DNA from: Picochlorum sp. SENEW3
Lineage: Eukaryota
DNA: 64,000 nucleotides
Reading direction: 5' to 3'
Assembly: GCA_034226945.1 (NCBI GenBank)
Contig: CP120454.1
Location: forward strand, 744,001-808,000
A program made the position numbers and the translations under genes. The notes under the pieces are model-generated. The model did no database searches. It was not told the DNA's origin and worked only from the letters and a program-made list of their open reading frames with translations. Positions 10,128 to 20,404 of this stretch are shown here, piece after piece; positions within the stretch are counted from its first letter, which is position 1; each line of letters begins with the position of its first letter.

Positions 10128-10865
10128 ATGGGGCATTTGTCGTATCGAGGTGTGTGTATTCAGCATGCTGGGCTGCTGACCTCTGGCAGAAACATGTGTG
10201 TGCGAGCCAAGACTCGACTGGAGGTGGAGGCTGACAATCTGGTGGCCATTGATGTCGAATTTATGCATGTTCGTGTGATACGGACAGGCGGTGATGAGGA
10301 AGGAAGAGAGGTGGTCCAGAAGTTTCAACTGCCAGCTGAGGTGTGTGTGCTTGCCTCATCAGGAGATGCAAAGCTTGTTCACACAAAGATTGACTCTCTA
10401 ACAGAGGCGAAAAAGCAGTATGAGATATTTCAATATGAACATATCCTGGAACATGATGGGGGCATTGGGCTGGATGATATCAAGGGTATGCCTTTGCTGT
10501 CAGCTGTGCGGGAGGATGTAGCTCTGGCAGTGCGGGGGCGACTTGTTGTAGGTCATAATTTGGCCAAGGACTTGGTGTCTTTGGGTATTACAGAAAGGCA
10601 TATTCCAATGAAATATCGTAGGGATACGATGCGGTATCCAGCGTTGCAAAATGATAAGGGACATGGGAGATCGCTGGCAGAATTATCCCTGGTCAAACTT
10701 GGTAGAGAAATTCAGCAAAATGTACCTCATGATCCATGCGAAGACGCACAGGCGACTTTGGACTTGTACATCAAGTACTGCCACTATGATGAATCCTTGA
10801 TGGGATATGACGACCTTGTCGAGTATTACATGTCGCAAATGTTACAGAATACTACCTCAGATTGA
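10128..10865 (+). CDS. DEDDh 3'-5' exonuclease (REX4-like); alternative start at 10116
   Basis: VAIDVE, LVVGHNLAKDL, RDT, and HDPCEDAQATLDLY. Confidence 0.85.
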   Translation: MGHLSYRGVCIQHAGLLTSGRNMCVRAKTRLEVEADNLVAIDVEFMHVRVIRTGGDEEGREVVQKFQLPAEVCVLASSGDAKLVHTKIDSLTEAKKQYEIFQYEHILEHDGGIGLDDIKGMPLLSAVREDVALAVRGRLVVGHNLAKDLVSLGITERHIPMKYRRDTMRYPALQNDKGHGRSLAELSLVKLGREIQQNVPHDPCEDAQATLDLYIKYCHYDESLMGYDDLVEYYMSQMLQNTTSD

Positions 10866-11826
10866 CCAGTTCTGAGGAGACTTCCCACAGTTTTTTTTGC
10901 TTTTCTGCATCGTATGATTCTCTACTGCTCGTCTTGGGCTTGGATGAATCAAAATATTTTCCACTGACGCCTGTAATGTCGGGAGAAGAGGCCAAGAAGA
11001 TGCTTGTTTGGGCTCCTTGCTCTGGTGTTAGGAGAAATGATTTGGCTACTGACAGGAGTGGCTTGCTCCACCATGGAATTTCTTCTTCGTTGGTCGGCAT
11101 AGACGGGAATAGATAGCGTCCTAATTCAGTTGCTACGACACCAGGATGCAAGGCATTGACTGTGAGATCCAATCCTGCTGGTACACGCTTTGCAAGTTCA
11201 TATGAGAACATGACATTTGCCAACTTTGACTGGGAGTATGCTCCCCACTTACTGTATTCCTTTTGCTGCCATTGAAGGTCGTCAAAATCAATTGTTCCAG
11301 GATAATGAGCAGAAGAAGCTACGTTGATGATTCGTGCATCGCCTGACTGGCGTGCAGCAGCTTCAACCAGGGGCATAAGTTTATATGTCAACAAAAAATG
11401 TCCCAAATGGTTCACTCCAAATTGATACTCAAAATTCTCATTCGTGCGCATCTCCGGGCACGCCATTACTCCAGCATTATTCAATAGAATATCAATTGGC
11501 TTGCCTTCATCGAGAACCCGTTTGGAGTAATCCCTTACTGAGGAAAGCCGTGCCAAATCAAAGACACCAACCTCACATGTGCCTGGATGGCCAGGAGCCT
11601 CAACTTCATCAAGTCTTTTCTTTGCTGCTTGTCCTTTTGATTCATCTCGGCATCCAATGATGACATTATAACCTTGATTGAGTAAGCTCTTTGCCGTCTC
11701 AAACCCTATTCCGGTGTTTGCACCGGAGATGAGCGCGGTTTTTCGTCTAGTCGTGTCTCTGGCTTGAGCAGGACCACTCGACTGGGCCCGGACTATGTGC
11801 CTAGTATTTACCATGGAAAGCTTCAT
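10852..11826 (-). CDS. Retinol dehydrogenase/Tic32-like SDR
   Basis: ISGANTGIG, NNAGVM, VNHLGHF, YSQSKLAN, and LHPGVV. Confidence 0.92.
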   Translation of the reverse strand: MKLSMVNTRHIVRAQSSGPAQARDTTRRKTALISGANTGIGFETAKSLLNQGYNVIIGCRDESKGQAAKKRLDEVEAPGHPGTCEVGVFDLARLSSVRDYSKRVLDEGKPIDILLNNAGVMACPEMRTNENFEYQFGVNHLGHFLLTYKLMPLVEAAARQSGDARIINVASSAHYPGTIDFDDLQWQQKEYSKWGAYSQSKLANVMFSYELAKRVPAGLDLTVNALHPGVVATELGRYLFPSMPTNEEEIPWWSKPLLSVAKSFLLTPEQGAQTSIFLASSPDITGVSGKYFDSSKPKTSSRESYDAEKQKKLWEVSSELVNLR

Positions 11827-12161
11827 AATGAATTAAATAATCTGTATGGATACGTATATGGTATCAATTGTGGAATGTAATGAAATTTGTAGCGTGGACA
11901 CGAATGGTGAAATTGTCCTTGTCTGTTCAGCAGTGCAATAGGACAATGCTTCTCTCTGATGACACGATATTCAGACTTGAGGCTGTTAAAAGATTATGTA
12001 TCAAAATAAGAATACAATGCACTATGTGTGGGATGCTCATACACATGGATGATTGGGTTGAAATGGTGTTGTTCGCATGTGTCAAGGATTCCTTGTCAAG
12101 GAATGAATGGGGGGAAAAAATGCAGCCCATGGCTACTGCTGCTCCGACCTGAATTCATACA

Positions 12162-14956
12162 TCAATTCCCAGACTTATGAAGCGATGATAATATGTCCAA
12201 GGCCGATTTGAGAGGAATCCTCTGATGCTTTTCTTGCTTCCAACACTCGGTCATGAGGTTTGAGTACTTTTCAAAAGACTGAGCACTGCACAGGTTTGGA
12301 TCATGGACAGCCTTCAAACGCTCTCCGGATTTCACTTTGCCAACGATAATCCAAGGGTTTTGATTTCCCCATGGGACTTCGAGGGTAATCAGTTCCCATA
12401 AAATGACTCCAAATGAGAACACATCACAAGTTATTGATGGTTTCTCTCCATCAAACAACTCGGGTGCCAACCATCTTGGATTCATGGCAGCAACTGAACT
12501 GTGATTCATAGATCCATCAATGATTCTGGACAAGTTGAAATCTGAAATCTTTGCGACGTTTTGCTCGTTCAGAAGAATATTTGGGCTTTTGAGGTCTCTA
12601 TGTACCACGGATCGCATATGCAAGTACTGGAGTCCTTCTCCAATGTCGAGTGCCTGCAGGTATTCCATTCACAATATGTCAGAGTCAAAGACAAACCTCT
12701 ATCATATAGGATTAATATCTCACGTACAATGCTCAGTCTTTCTTTCCAAGTGAAGGGGGTGCCTGTCTCCAAAGTCTTGGCTAGTTTCTGTGCCAAGTTT
12801 CCTCCGGGGCAAAGCTCTGTCATGATACAAGGAGGAATCTTACTGTAGCCAAGATATTTGACAATATTTGGGTGGTCGAGTGCTGCCATAATCTTGACTT
12901 CTTTCTCCATCTTCTCGACAATACCCTTGGAAGCAGCTGTCATTCCTTCTAAACTGTTCTCCCTGATGGTTTCCTGCTCCAAAAATATCTTGAGAGCAAC
13001 ATCCTTGCCCTTATAGTTCCCTTCGTATACCTGCACAAAAACAAATGGCATTACTATATATAGCGTGTGGATCAAATATCTTTGCAAAAGTACCGCACGT
13101 ACTCGTCCAAAGGAGCCCTCTCCTATCGGCCCTCCAAGTTGGACTTGATGGAAGTCAAATTCGTTTTGACTCAGCTTGCCCTTCTGACCAGCTTGCTTCA
13201 GCAGAGAATCGATATGTGATTTGTATGGATCAAAGCCGTTCTTTGTGTAGGCACTGTCAAGCACTGCGTTCGGTTGGGAACTGACAGATTTTGAGGCATA
13301 TCCACCCGATGGTTTTGTGTCCATGTCCGAGTTCTTCTTCTTCTTTCGGAGATGCATCCACACAAAGAGTCCGGCAATGAGTACCAGTGCAACAATGCCG
13401 CCCACAACACCACCAACGATAGCCGCAATATTCGATCCACTGCTCCCACTATCCTCTGTTGTCTCAAATGGATCACCAGTCGACAGATCGCCATTGAATA
13501 CAATAGAAGTCTCTGGCTCGACCCACTTTGTGGAAATGCCATATGGAATGTATGGTTGACATGTTTCAGAGACATATCCGCCGTTTAAGTTCATTGGAAG
13601 CTTTAACGTTCCATCACATGGAATACCATGCGTAGAAGTTGGGTCATTCCGATCCATCGTGCAATCAATGACGTTATAAGGTGGATATGGCTCTGTGCAG
13701 AAAAGAACATGTTTCAAAATTTTCTCATCAGGATCACATTCTATCCATGCTTTCTTTCCAGATTCTGCATTGATGAAATCTAAAAATTCATCTCGATCGA
13801 CTGCCGTCTTTGTAAGTGCAGTCCCATTGTAGATGCCGAAATTGTATGCGATTTTGTTGAGATTCAAACTTGTGTACAACTTCACAATCAAGTCAAAGTA
13901 GTCTGAAACGGACATTCCACTACAACTCCCCCTACCAACGTACAAAGTTCTCCATAAGTCTTCGTTATCTCCTGCTGAATTCTGATATATGCACTTTAAA
14001 GCTTCGAGCGTTCCTCTTGATAACTCGTTTCCAACGACCAAACTGGTAGCTTCATAGGAACTCTTGTCCCAGCATCTGTCATTCTTTTTATCCCTGTCGA
14101 GTAATTTAGGATTAATCTCGCTCACAGTGAATGTATTCAATACCCTATCGTCTGAGCACACAGAGTCTTTGTAGCATGACGATGGATTCCAGTCCATTTC
14201 GAAATTAAATTTCTCAAGTTGTGCAGGCTGTGGGTCTGGCACTGGCTCTGGTTCTGGCACTGGCTCTGGTTCTGGCACTGGCTCTGGCGTAGGATCGTAG
14301 TCTGGGTCGTAGTCCGGGTCGTAGTCCGGGTCGTAGTCCGGGTCGTAGTCCGGGTCGTAGTCTGGGTCGTAGTCCGGGTCGTAGTCTGGGTCGTAGTCCG
14401 GGTCGTAGTCTGGAGTCTCGCTGCAGCTGCCACAGGTGAATGAATGAGTAGCTGATTTACCTACAACACAATTATCCCGCAAAAAGTTCTGAGTCTCTCA
14501 GCTACCTCCAGAATGGACGTGAAACAAAAAATTTTGATTAATCTAACATACCACCCGGATTGAATCCATTGATTGAAATTTCGTTGCTCTGCAGACAAAC
14601 AATTGTGGCAATCAATGATTACAATGTCGTAGCACATGTCAAAAAATGGGAAAGCACATACGCACATTAAAGTCCCAGCTGCAATCAAATGACGGTTCAT
14701 CAGATTCAGCTTCGTATGAATAGTAGTAGGTTTTACTTGCACCCAAGAATCCTGTGCACAAGCTTGAGCACAAGGTGAATGAACCACTCTCATATGGCCC
14801 CAAAATCAGCGTTCCACTCTCATCTCCATAGACAGATATCCGAATTCCTTTGCGACAATCATTGTTAAAATTAATCCAAACACCATATGCTGCGAGCACT
14901 TGTCCAATCTGGCCAAGCAAAAAAGCAACAAGTAAAGTCGTCACGGTGGCCCTCAT
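12162..14956 (-). CDS. Receptor-like TKL kinase: signal peptide, Cys N-domain, PDYD/PEPV stalk, RNase T2-like ectodomain, TM, kinase; introns 14589-14665, 14461-14551, 13031-13102, 12654-12727
   Basis: Four GT-AG introns join the ORFs in frame. [27 protein letters not shown] then RKKKK. Kinase motifs [29 protein letters not shown]. Confidence 0.88.
14235..14413 (-). repeat. Coding tandem repeats: 10 x 12 bp (PDYD) at 14294-14413 and 3 x 18 bp (PEPVPE) at 14235-14287
   Basis: Units GTCGTAGTCYGG and TCTGGCACTGGCTCTGGT read directly on the plus strand. Confidence 0.95.
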
Positions 14957-15999
14957 GTCTTTCTGTACGACTAGAGATTCAGTATCTCACAAAGACACTA
15001 TTCCGAGAGTATATATTCCAATATTCAATCTTTGGGAATAATTGTCCGTGTTCATTTCGTGTATCGTTGTTCCCAGCAAATTGGACATTCCCGTACAACC
15101 GTCCACATTTATCGGGGTGAGAGGCGCCAGTGATTGTGTCCGTCAAAATATCCACATCCTTGGGAAGACGGGCTCATCCCATGGAACCAGACCTTCTCAG
15201 GGACGTTGATCACGCTATTCTTCGACCCGGGAGCAATGGCATTTGTGGCCGAATTTCATACATCGATTGTCCTCATGTTCCACCAAGCTATTGTCACTAA
15301 AATTTCCAACATGTACGCGGACTAGCACGCCAATGCCTAGGTGCATCCGTCGATGCTTGCAAGCATTGCAATCGTTTCCACAAGATGCCCCTCATGTGCC
15401 GTTCTGGTCCAACAAGTCTTTGGTTTGATCTCCACCATACGTGTGGTGTGTTGCATGGACAAGATATCACATGTTCAGTTCATATGGGGCGATCGACGTG
15501 TCATTGGTCAGAAGAGTAGGCTTGGCAGCTCTTAGGAAAAGCAGGTTCTGCTTGGCAGGTAGCCAAGGCATAAAAATGCCAGTGGTGGTCTTATTTTATA
15601 TAAACAACATTGCACCGGATCATGAACAGTCTTCTTCTAGATATATGATCTGTGAAAAGACGCAAAGCGGTCTATCGAGTCCGCTAGGAAGCAGAGAAGA
15701 AGGACAGATTGGGATGAAGCATGTGCCTGCATCACTGGTGCAGCATCAGGACCCAAAATGCAGCATGCATCCAATGACCGCCAAAAATCACGAAACAGGG
15801 AAATGGGTATTATTCATATTTTGAATTATGATTCGTCGGTAAAGAAACCCGTCAAATTCGTATCGCGAGGTGTCTACTACGTGTAAATTGTTGTTGTCGA
15901 GCATCCCACGTTCGACGTTCCTTTACTTTCCGCACACGTAGTTGCGTAGAACAGGTGACTTCATTCAAATTTCTGCGATATTTGGATCAAAATAGAGCA

Positions 16000-16350
16000 A
16001 TGTCGATGGCAACCCGAGAGTCCAAGCTGAGTGGACTGTTTCCTTCCAAGTCTAGATCGAAGGATCAAGGGAAATCCTCAGTATTAGAATCGAATAAAAG
16101 TATCCCACGTGGTCTGAAAGGCGATGATCAAGGTTCATTGGACAACGTGGATGACGCAGAGCAACAGTTGCGTCGTTTTTTTGATATGGATACAAAATAT
16201 GGCCCTTGCTCTGGGCTGACAAGGTTGGAACGATTCCATCGCGCGGAGAAATTGGGTTTGGACCCACCATCATGGGTCGAAAGAGTCATAACAGAGAATG
16301 GTGTAGAGAGTGATTTGAATCAGCATGTGTTTTCACCTGGAAAAGTATAA
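16000..16350 (+). CDS. POLD4: DNA polymerase delta subunit 4 (p12)
   Basis: LRRFFDMDTKYGPCSGLTRLERFHRAEKLGLDPP. Confidence 0.9.
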   Translation: MSMATRESKLSGLFPSKSRSKDQGKSSVLESNKSIPRGLKGDDQGSLDNVDDAEQQLRRFFDMDTKYGPCSGLTRLERFHRAEKLGLDPPSWVERVITENGVESDLNQHVFSPGKV

Positions 16351-16370
16351 AGAATGTAAGAACAATGTGC

Positions 16371-19300
16371 CTAGTGCCAGGGTGGTCTGCCATCAACTTG
16401 ATCTTCGATTTCTTTGTGATACTGTTGAGCATCGAAGCGGCTTCTCGAGATTTTCGCTGGGCTAGAATTTTCAGAATGCTGGAGAGCTCCATCCACTGCC
16501 TCTAAAACTCTGTTGAAACTGCTGTCAGACTTTGTCACTGGGTGCATGTCTTGCTGACGAGCAAACCTGGGAGGAGTTAATGCCTTTTTGATGGTTGAGA
16601 AGAATGATTTCATCGGGGTTTTATTTTTTGTCGTCTTTTTATCTACTTGTTTCCCCATAGTTGCATCTGGTTTGGCAGTTGCTGCATTTCTTCCATTCTC
16701 CATGGAGGATTTGGCACTCTGCTCCGAAGGGGCTCGACTCTCTAAAGATCTTACCGCTGCCCGCAGCGCATCGAGCCGCAGTCGTCGTTCCTCTAAATCA
16801 TCTCCTGTATTTACTTGGACAATGGGCGTTTGCTCCCTGTCTCCAGCCTTTCCCCCTGCAGTGTCATCATCCTGGACATGGAGACTGAATGCTGGGTTGT
16901 ATACCATTCGAGACTCTGAGTTCAAAGGCGCTGCTGCTTCTGAGTCATACACATGGTTGGTTTCGTTCTGTTCAACACTCTGTGGAGATTCCAAACCCAG
17001 CGACTGAGCACCAGAGTCTGTGTTGCCCATGGCATCATTGCTAGGCCCTCCATTGCTAGGGTCTCTTTGTACACTTGGGGGACCAGACTTGATAAGGTCG
17101 TTGTTGTCTCTATATTCATATGGGTTCTGCTCTTGAATAAACTTAAGATGTTGCTGGGGGCTCTGCTTTTGCATTTTAATGTACAAGTCCTCCTGGAAAC
17201 CAGAGTTCTGATCGCTCGAATTCATGGTGACATCTCCTTGCATAAAGCTAACTCGGGCTGAAACTGATCTGTCGAGTACATTCTGATGTCCATTTTGTTC
17301 AGGAATTATAGCATCTTCAAAATTTGTTGCATACTCCTGCGCTTCATGTCGGTCAAAGACAGGGTTGCTGTTCCTGAATGCTCCCTCTGGCTGACAGTCA
17401 TCATAATTGCTTGTTCGGATTCGATCTGTTTTGTCAGAATCGTAGCCAAAACTATATGTGGACATGCCATATTTCTTTCGAAGTCCAAACTCATCAGAAT
17501 CATCCGCTTCGAATGCATGGTTGTTAGATGTCGTAAACTGAGGAGTTTTTGGAGTCGTCCACTGCAAACGCCTTCGAATACAGACAAACAACAAAACCAA
17601 AAGCGCTGCGCCAGCGATTGATCCAATAACTGCTCCAACAATTACTCCAGCAGAAGTACCACCTGAACTTCCAGAAACCAATGCCTGACCTTCCTCACCA
17701 AGTACAGTTGGCGACACCAAGCCTTGCTCTGTGACACTTGGGACACACAATTCCGCAGAAAGGCTTCTCAAATAACCGATGCGACAATCTTGGCAGGATT
17801 CCCCCTCGTATCCAGAGGGGCATGAACAGATCCCTGATGCAGGCAAGCACTGTCCCTTGCCACAACCTCCTGGGCAGGGCTTTGATGGCAATCCACAGTC
17901 CTGAGGGCATGAGCCAGCAGAGACTCCAATAATCTCCCTTTCCCCAACCTCACATATACCATTGCCACACAACCCAATGGTTGAAGACGCCAGGACGCTA
18001 TCAACCTGGAAGTTTTTACTTCCATATTGAGAGGCTGCTTCTGGCAACACTGCTGCATAGTATGCCGAAGAAAATGGCACATCAGAGACTTGGGTATCAT
18101 CTGGAGCTATTTCAAGCTCAACAACAACTGTGGCCGAGTTGATATCCTGTAAAAGGAGCCTGTGATGATACAGCATGCGCCTTTTATTGCTATTTGGAGC
18201 CATTGTGATGCTCCCAATAGATATTCTGGATTGATCAATGGCTGACACGTTTGCCACCTGTTTGAGGTAGTCATATATTGATTCATCCTGGATCTCATTG
18301 CCAGAGATGATATCACCGGGCACTTGCATTTTCACTCCGAGCACAGCAGTGCATGAATTGCCCACACCATTGCAAACACCACATTCATCAATCAAACCCG
18401 ATTCGCAGCAAACGCCATTTGCATCGATGTACTCACAACATGATCCTTGGATATCGATGTATTCGGCACGTCCTCCACAGACTCCACACGCATCAACTGT
18501 GGCATTGCAGCAGGATCCATTTCCATCCAGTGTGGAGCCTTCAGGACAACATAATCCACTCGAGTCTACTACTCCAGACGCACAGCACGCCAACATACTA
18601 TCCACTATTCCAGTGGCACAGGATACGGGCAGCTCGCAGTTTACGCCACCATATCCATCATTACATTGGCACTGTCCACCTGTGCAATAACCTCTTCCTA
18701 GACACACTGTTGATTCACAAAACTCGCAAGGCTCAGAATTGCATCCCCGACTGTTCGATGGCTTTGAATTTTGAATACAATCTGTTTCAGGCACTTGAGT
18801 GCCACTCTCATCGACGCACGACACCTGTCGAGATTGGGTCCCACCTCCACAAGATGCTGAACATTCACTCCATGGGGAGACTATCCACGAATACACTTGA
18901 CAAGGAATTGTATTACATTCTCGCACCAAGGGCTCTTTGCTATCATCTGAACATGCCTGAGATCCATCGGAGACGCAAAGTGCATCCCTTTCGGACACCC
19001 CTGTTCCACACCTTTCACTGCAGGTTTGCCATGGTCCATACCTCCAGTATGGTCCATCACAGGAAAAACTGCAAAAATATCGCAAGCACAGCATTTACGA
19101 CAGGGAATAATAATACGATTATAAAACAGACACGACATACCTGCAAGATTTTGACGAGACGGCCTCCAAGCCACCTGGACATTCTCGTAGTGGAAGCAAG
19201 GAACCCTCCCCATTGGTGCATGTGACTGTCCTTGTGCTCACCCCTTTCCCGCACGTTGCAGAACAATCAGACCACTCACCATACTCCAATCTATTTTCGG

Positions 19301-20192
19301 AAGAGCTTTCAACGTTGATAGCACCCGTCTGGCTGGGGTACGGCGTCAATGGTTTCAGAGGTGGTGGTGGTGGAGGTGGAGGAGGGAAGAACCCAAACCC
19401 AATAGCTGGCGCAGCGGAGGCATCAACAACTGAAAAAATAAGTTTATTTTTGCCAAAGCTACTCAGAGCGAGTTCTACGGCATCTTTAACCCTAGTAGAA
19501 GTAAGTTCCTCAACAAACATGTCTGCTGCCTGCTCAGTTGGTGCACTCAGAGTCAAGTCAAATGACATACATCCATCGATAGATGCCTCTACACCCTCTT
19601 GATTTTCTTCCAGACGACACTGGGCTACACAAGACCCACTGTCCACCATTTCCTTCAGATCTGTTCCGTACTGCTTGACCATGTCACACACTAACAAATT
19701 GACATCCTCGCCCTCACATCGCTCCTCCGCAACGGCCTCATACACATCACGAGTCACCACAACAGATGCATCATTGTCCATAGCCCCAGAGTCCTTGCAT
19801 ACATAGACAGGCTGTGAGCAAGGCAACGCGGCAGTGCCACTGGGACAAGGCACTCCTTCAGCCAATCCAATCTGACATTCTGCCAACAACAACTGTCGTC
19901 TCAATGTCCTTAGTAAACCATCATTGATAAAAATATCTCCCGCCGGAACGTTTTGCAGTGTGATAGTCGATGTCACCTGAAAGTACCTCGCCTCGTTGTA
20001 CAAAAATCCGCAACCTCCGAATTCGTCAGTGCTCGATTCAGTCTCCGTTTCCGTAATAGAACCACCAACAAATATTGGAGAGGCATTTTGAAGTGGTTGC
20101 AGTAGGAGTATGATGAGGATAATCGATACTATCCAGCCCAACGACCTCTCAACCAACGACCCGGACTGTGGTGTCTTGAAGACACAGATCAT
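16371..20192 (-). CDS. Large membrane protein with 3 TSP1 repeats, EGF/Cys-rich repeats, TM and a long cytosolic tail; intron 19069-19140
   Basis: WSDCSATCGKGVSTRTVTC, WQTCSERCGTG, WSECSASCGGGTQSRQVSC. EGF CQCNDGYGGVNC and CSCPSGYEGESC. DxCGVCxG repeats. TM then RRR. Confidence 0.85.
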
Positions 20193-20404
20193 CTCGACTC
20201 ATTCACAATTCCAATGAGACTCTTTTTTTAAGAAATAAATTTAGTATATATAGAGAGAGACCTGCTCTCATGAATGAGACATGCAGTCACCATGTTGACC
20301 GCATGGTTGCTTTAATGTTCGAATCAGGGAATGAATCCTTCCAACAGCCCTGATACTTTTACATTCTATTATTGAACATTCATTCGAGTTCCTTATATCA
20401 TGAT

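Noticed and set aside
12530..12545. DFN instead of DFG suggesting a pseudokinase
   Set aside because: The metal-binding Asp, catalytic HRD and VALK Lys are intact, and DFNLS occurs in algal TKL kinases
14294..14413. Regular repeat array as a possible CRISPR
   Set aside because: Contiguous 12-bp units with no spacers, in frame within a eukaryotic CDS
15041..15950. 900-bp gap with short ORFs as a hidden gene or ncRNA
   Set aside because: No recognisable protein motif, spliceable frame or RNA signature; treated as a divergent promoter region
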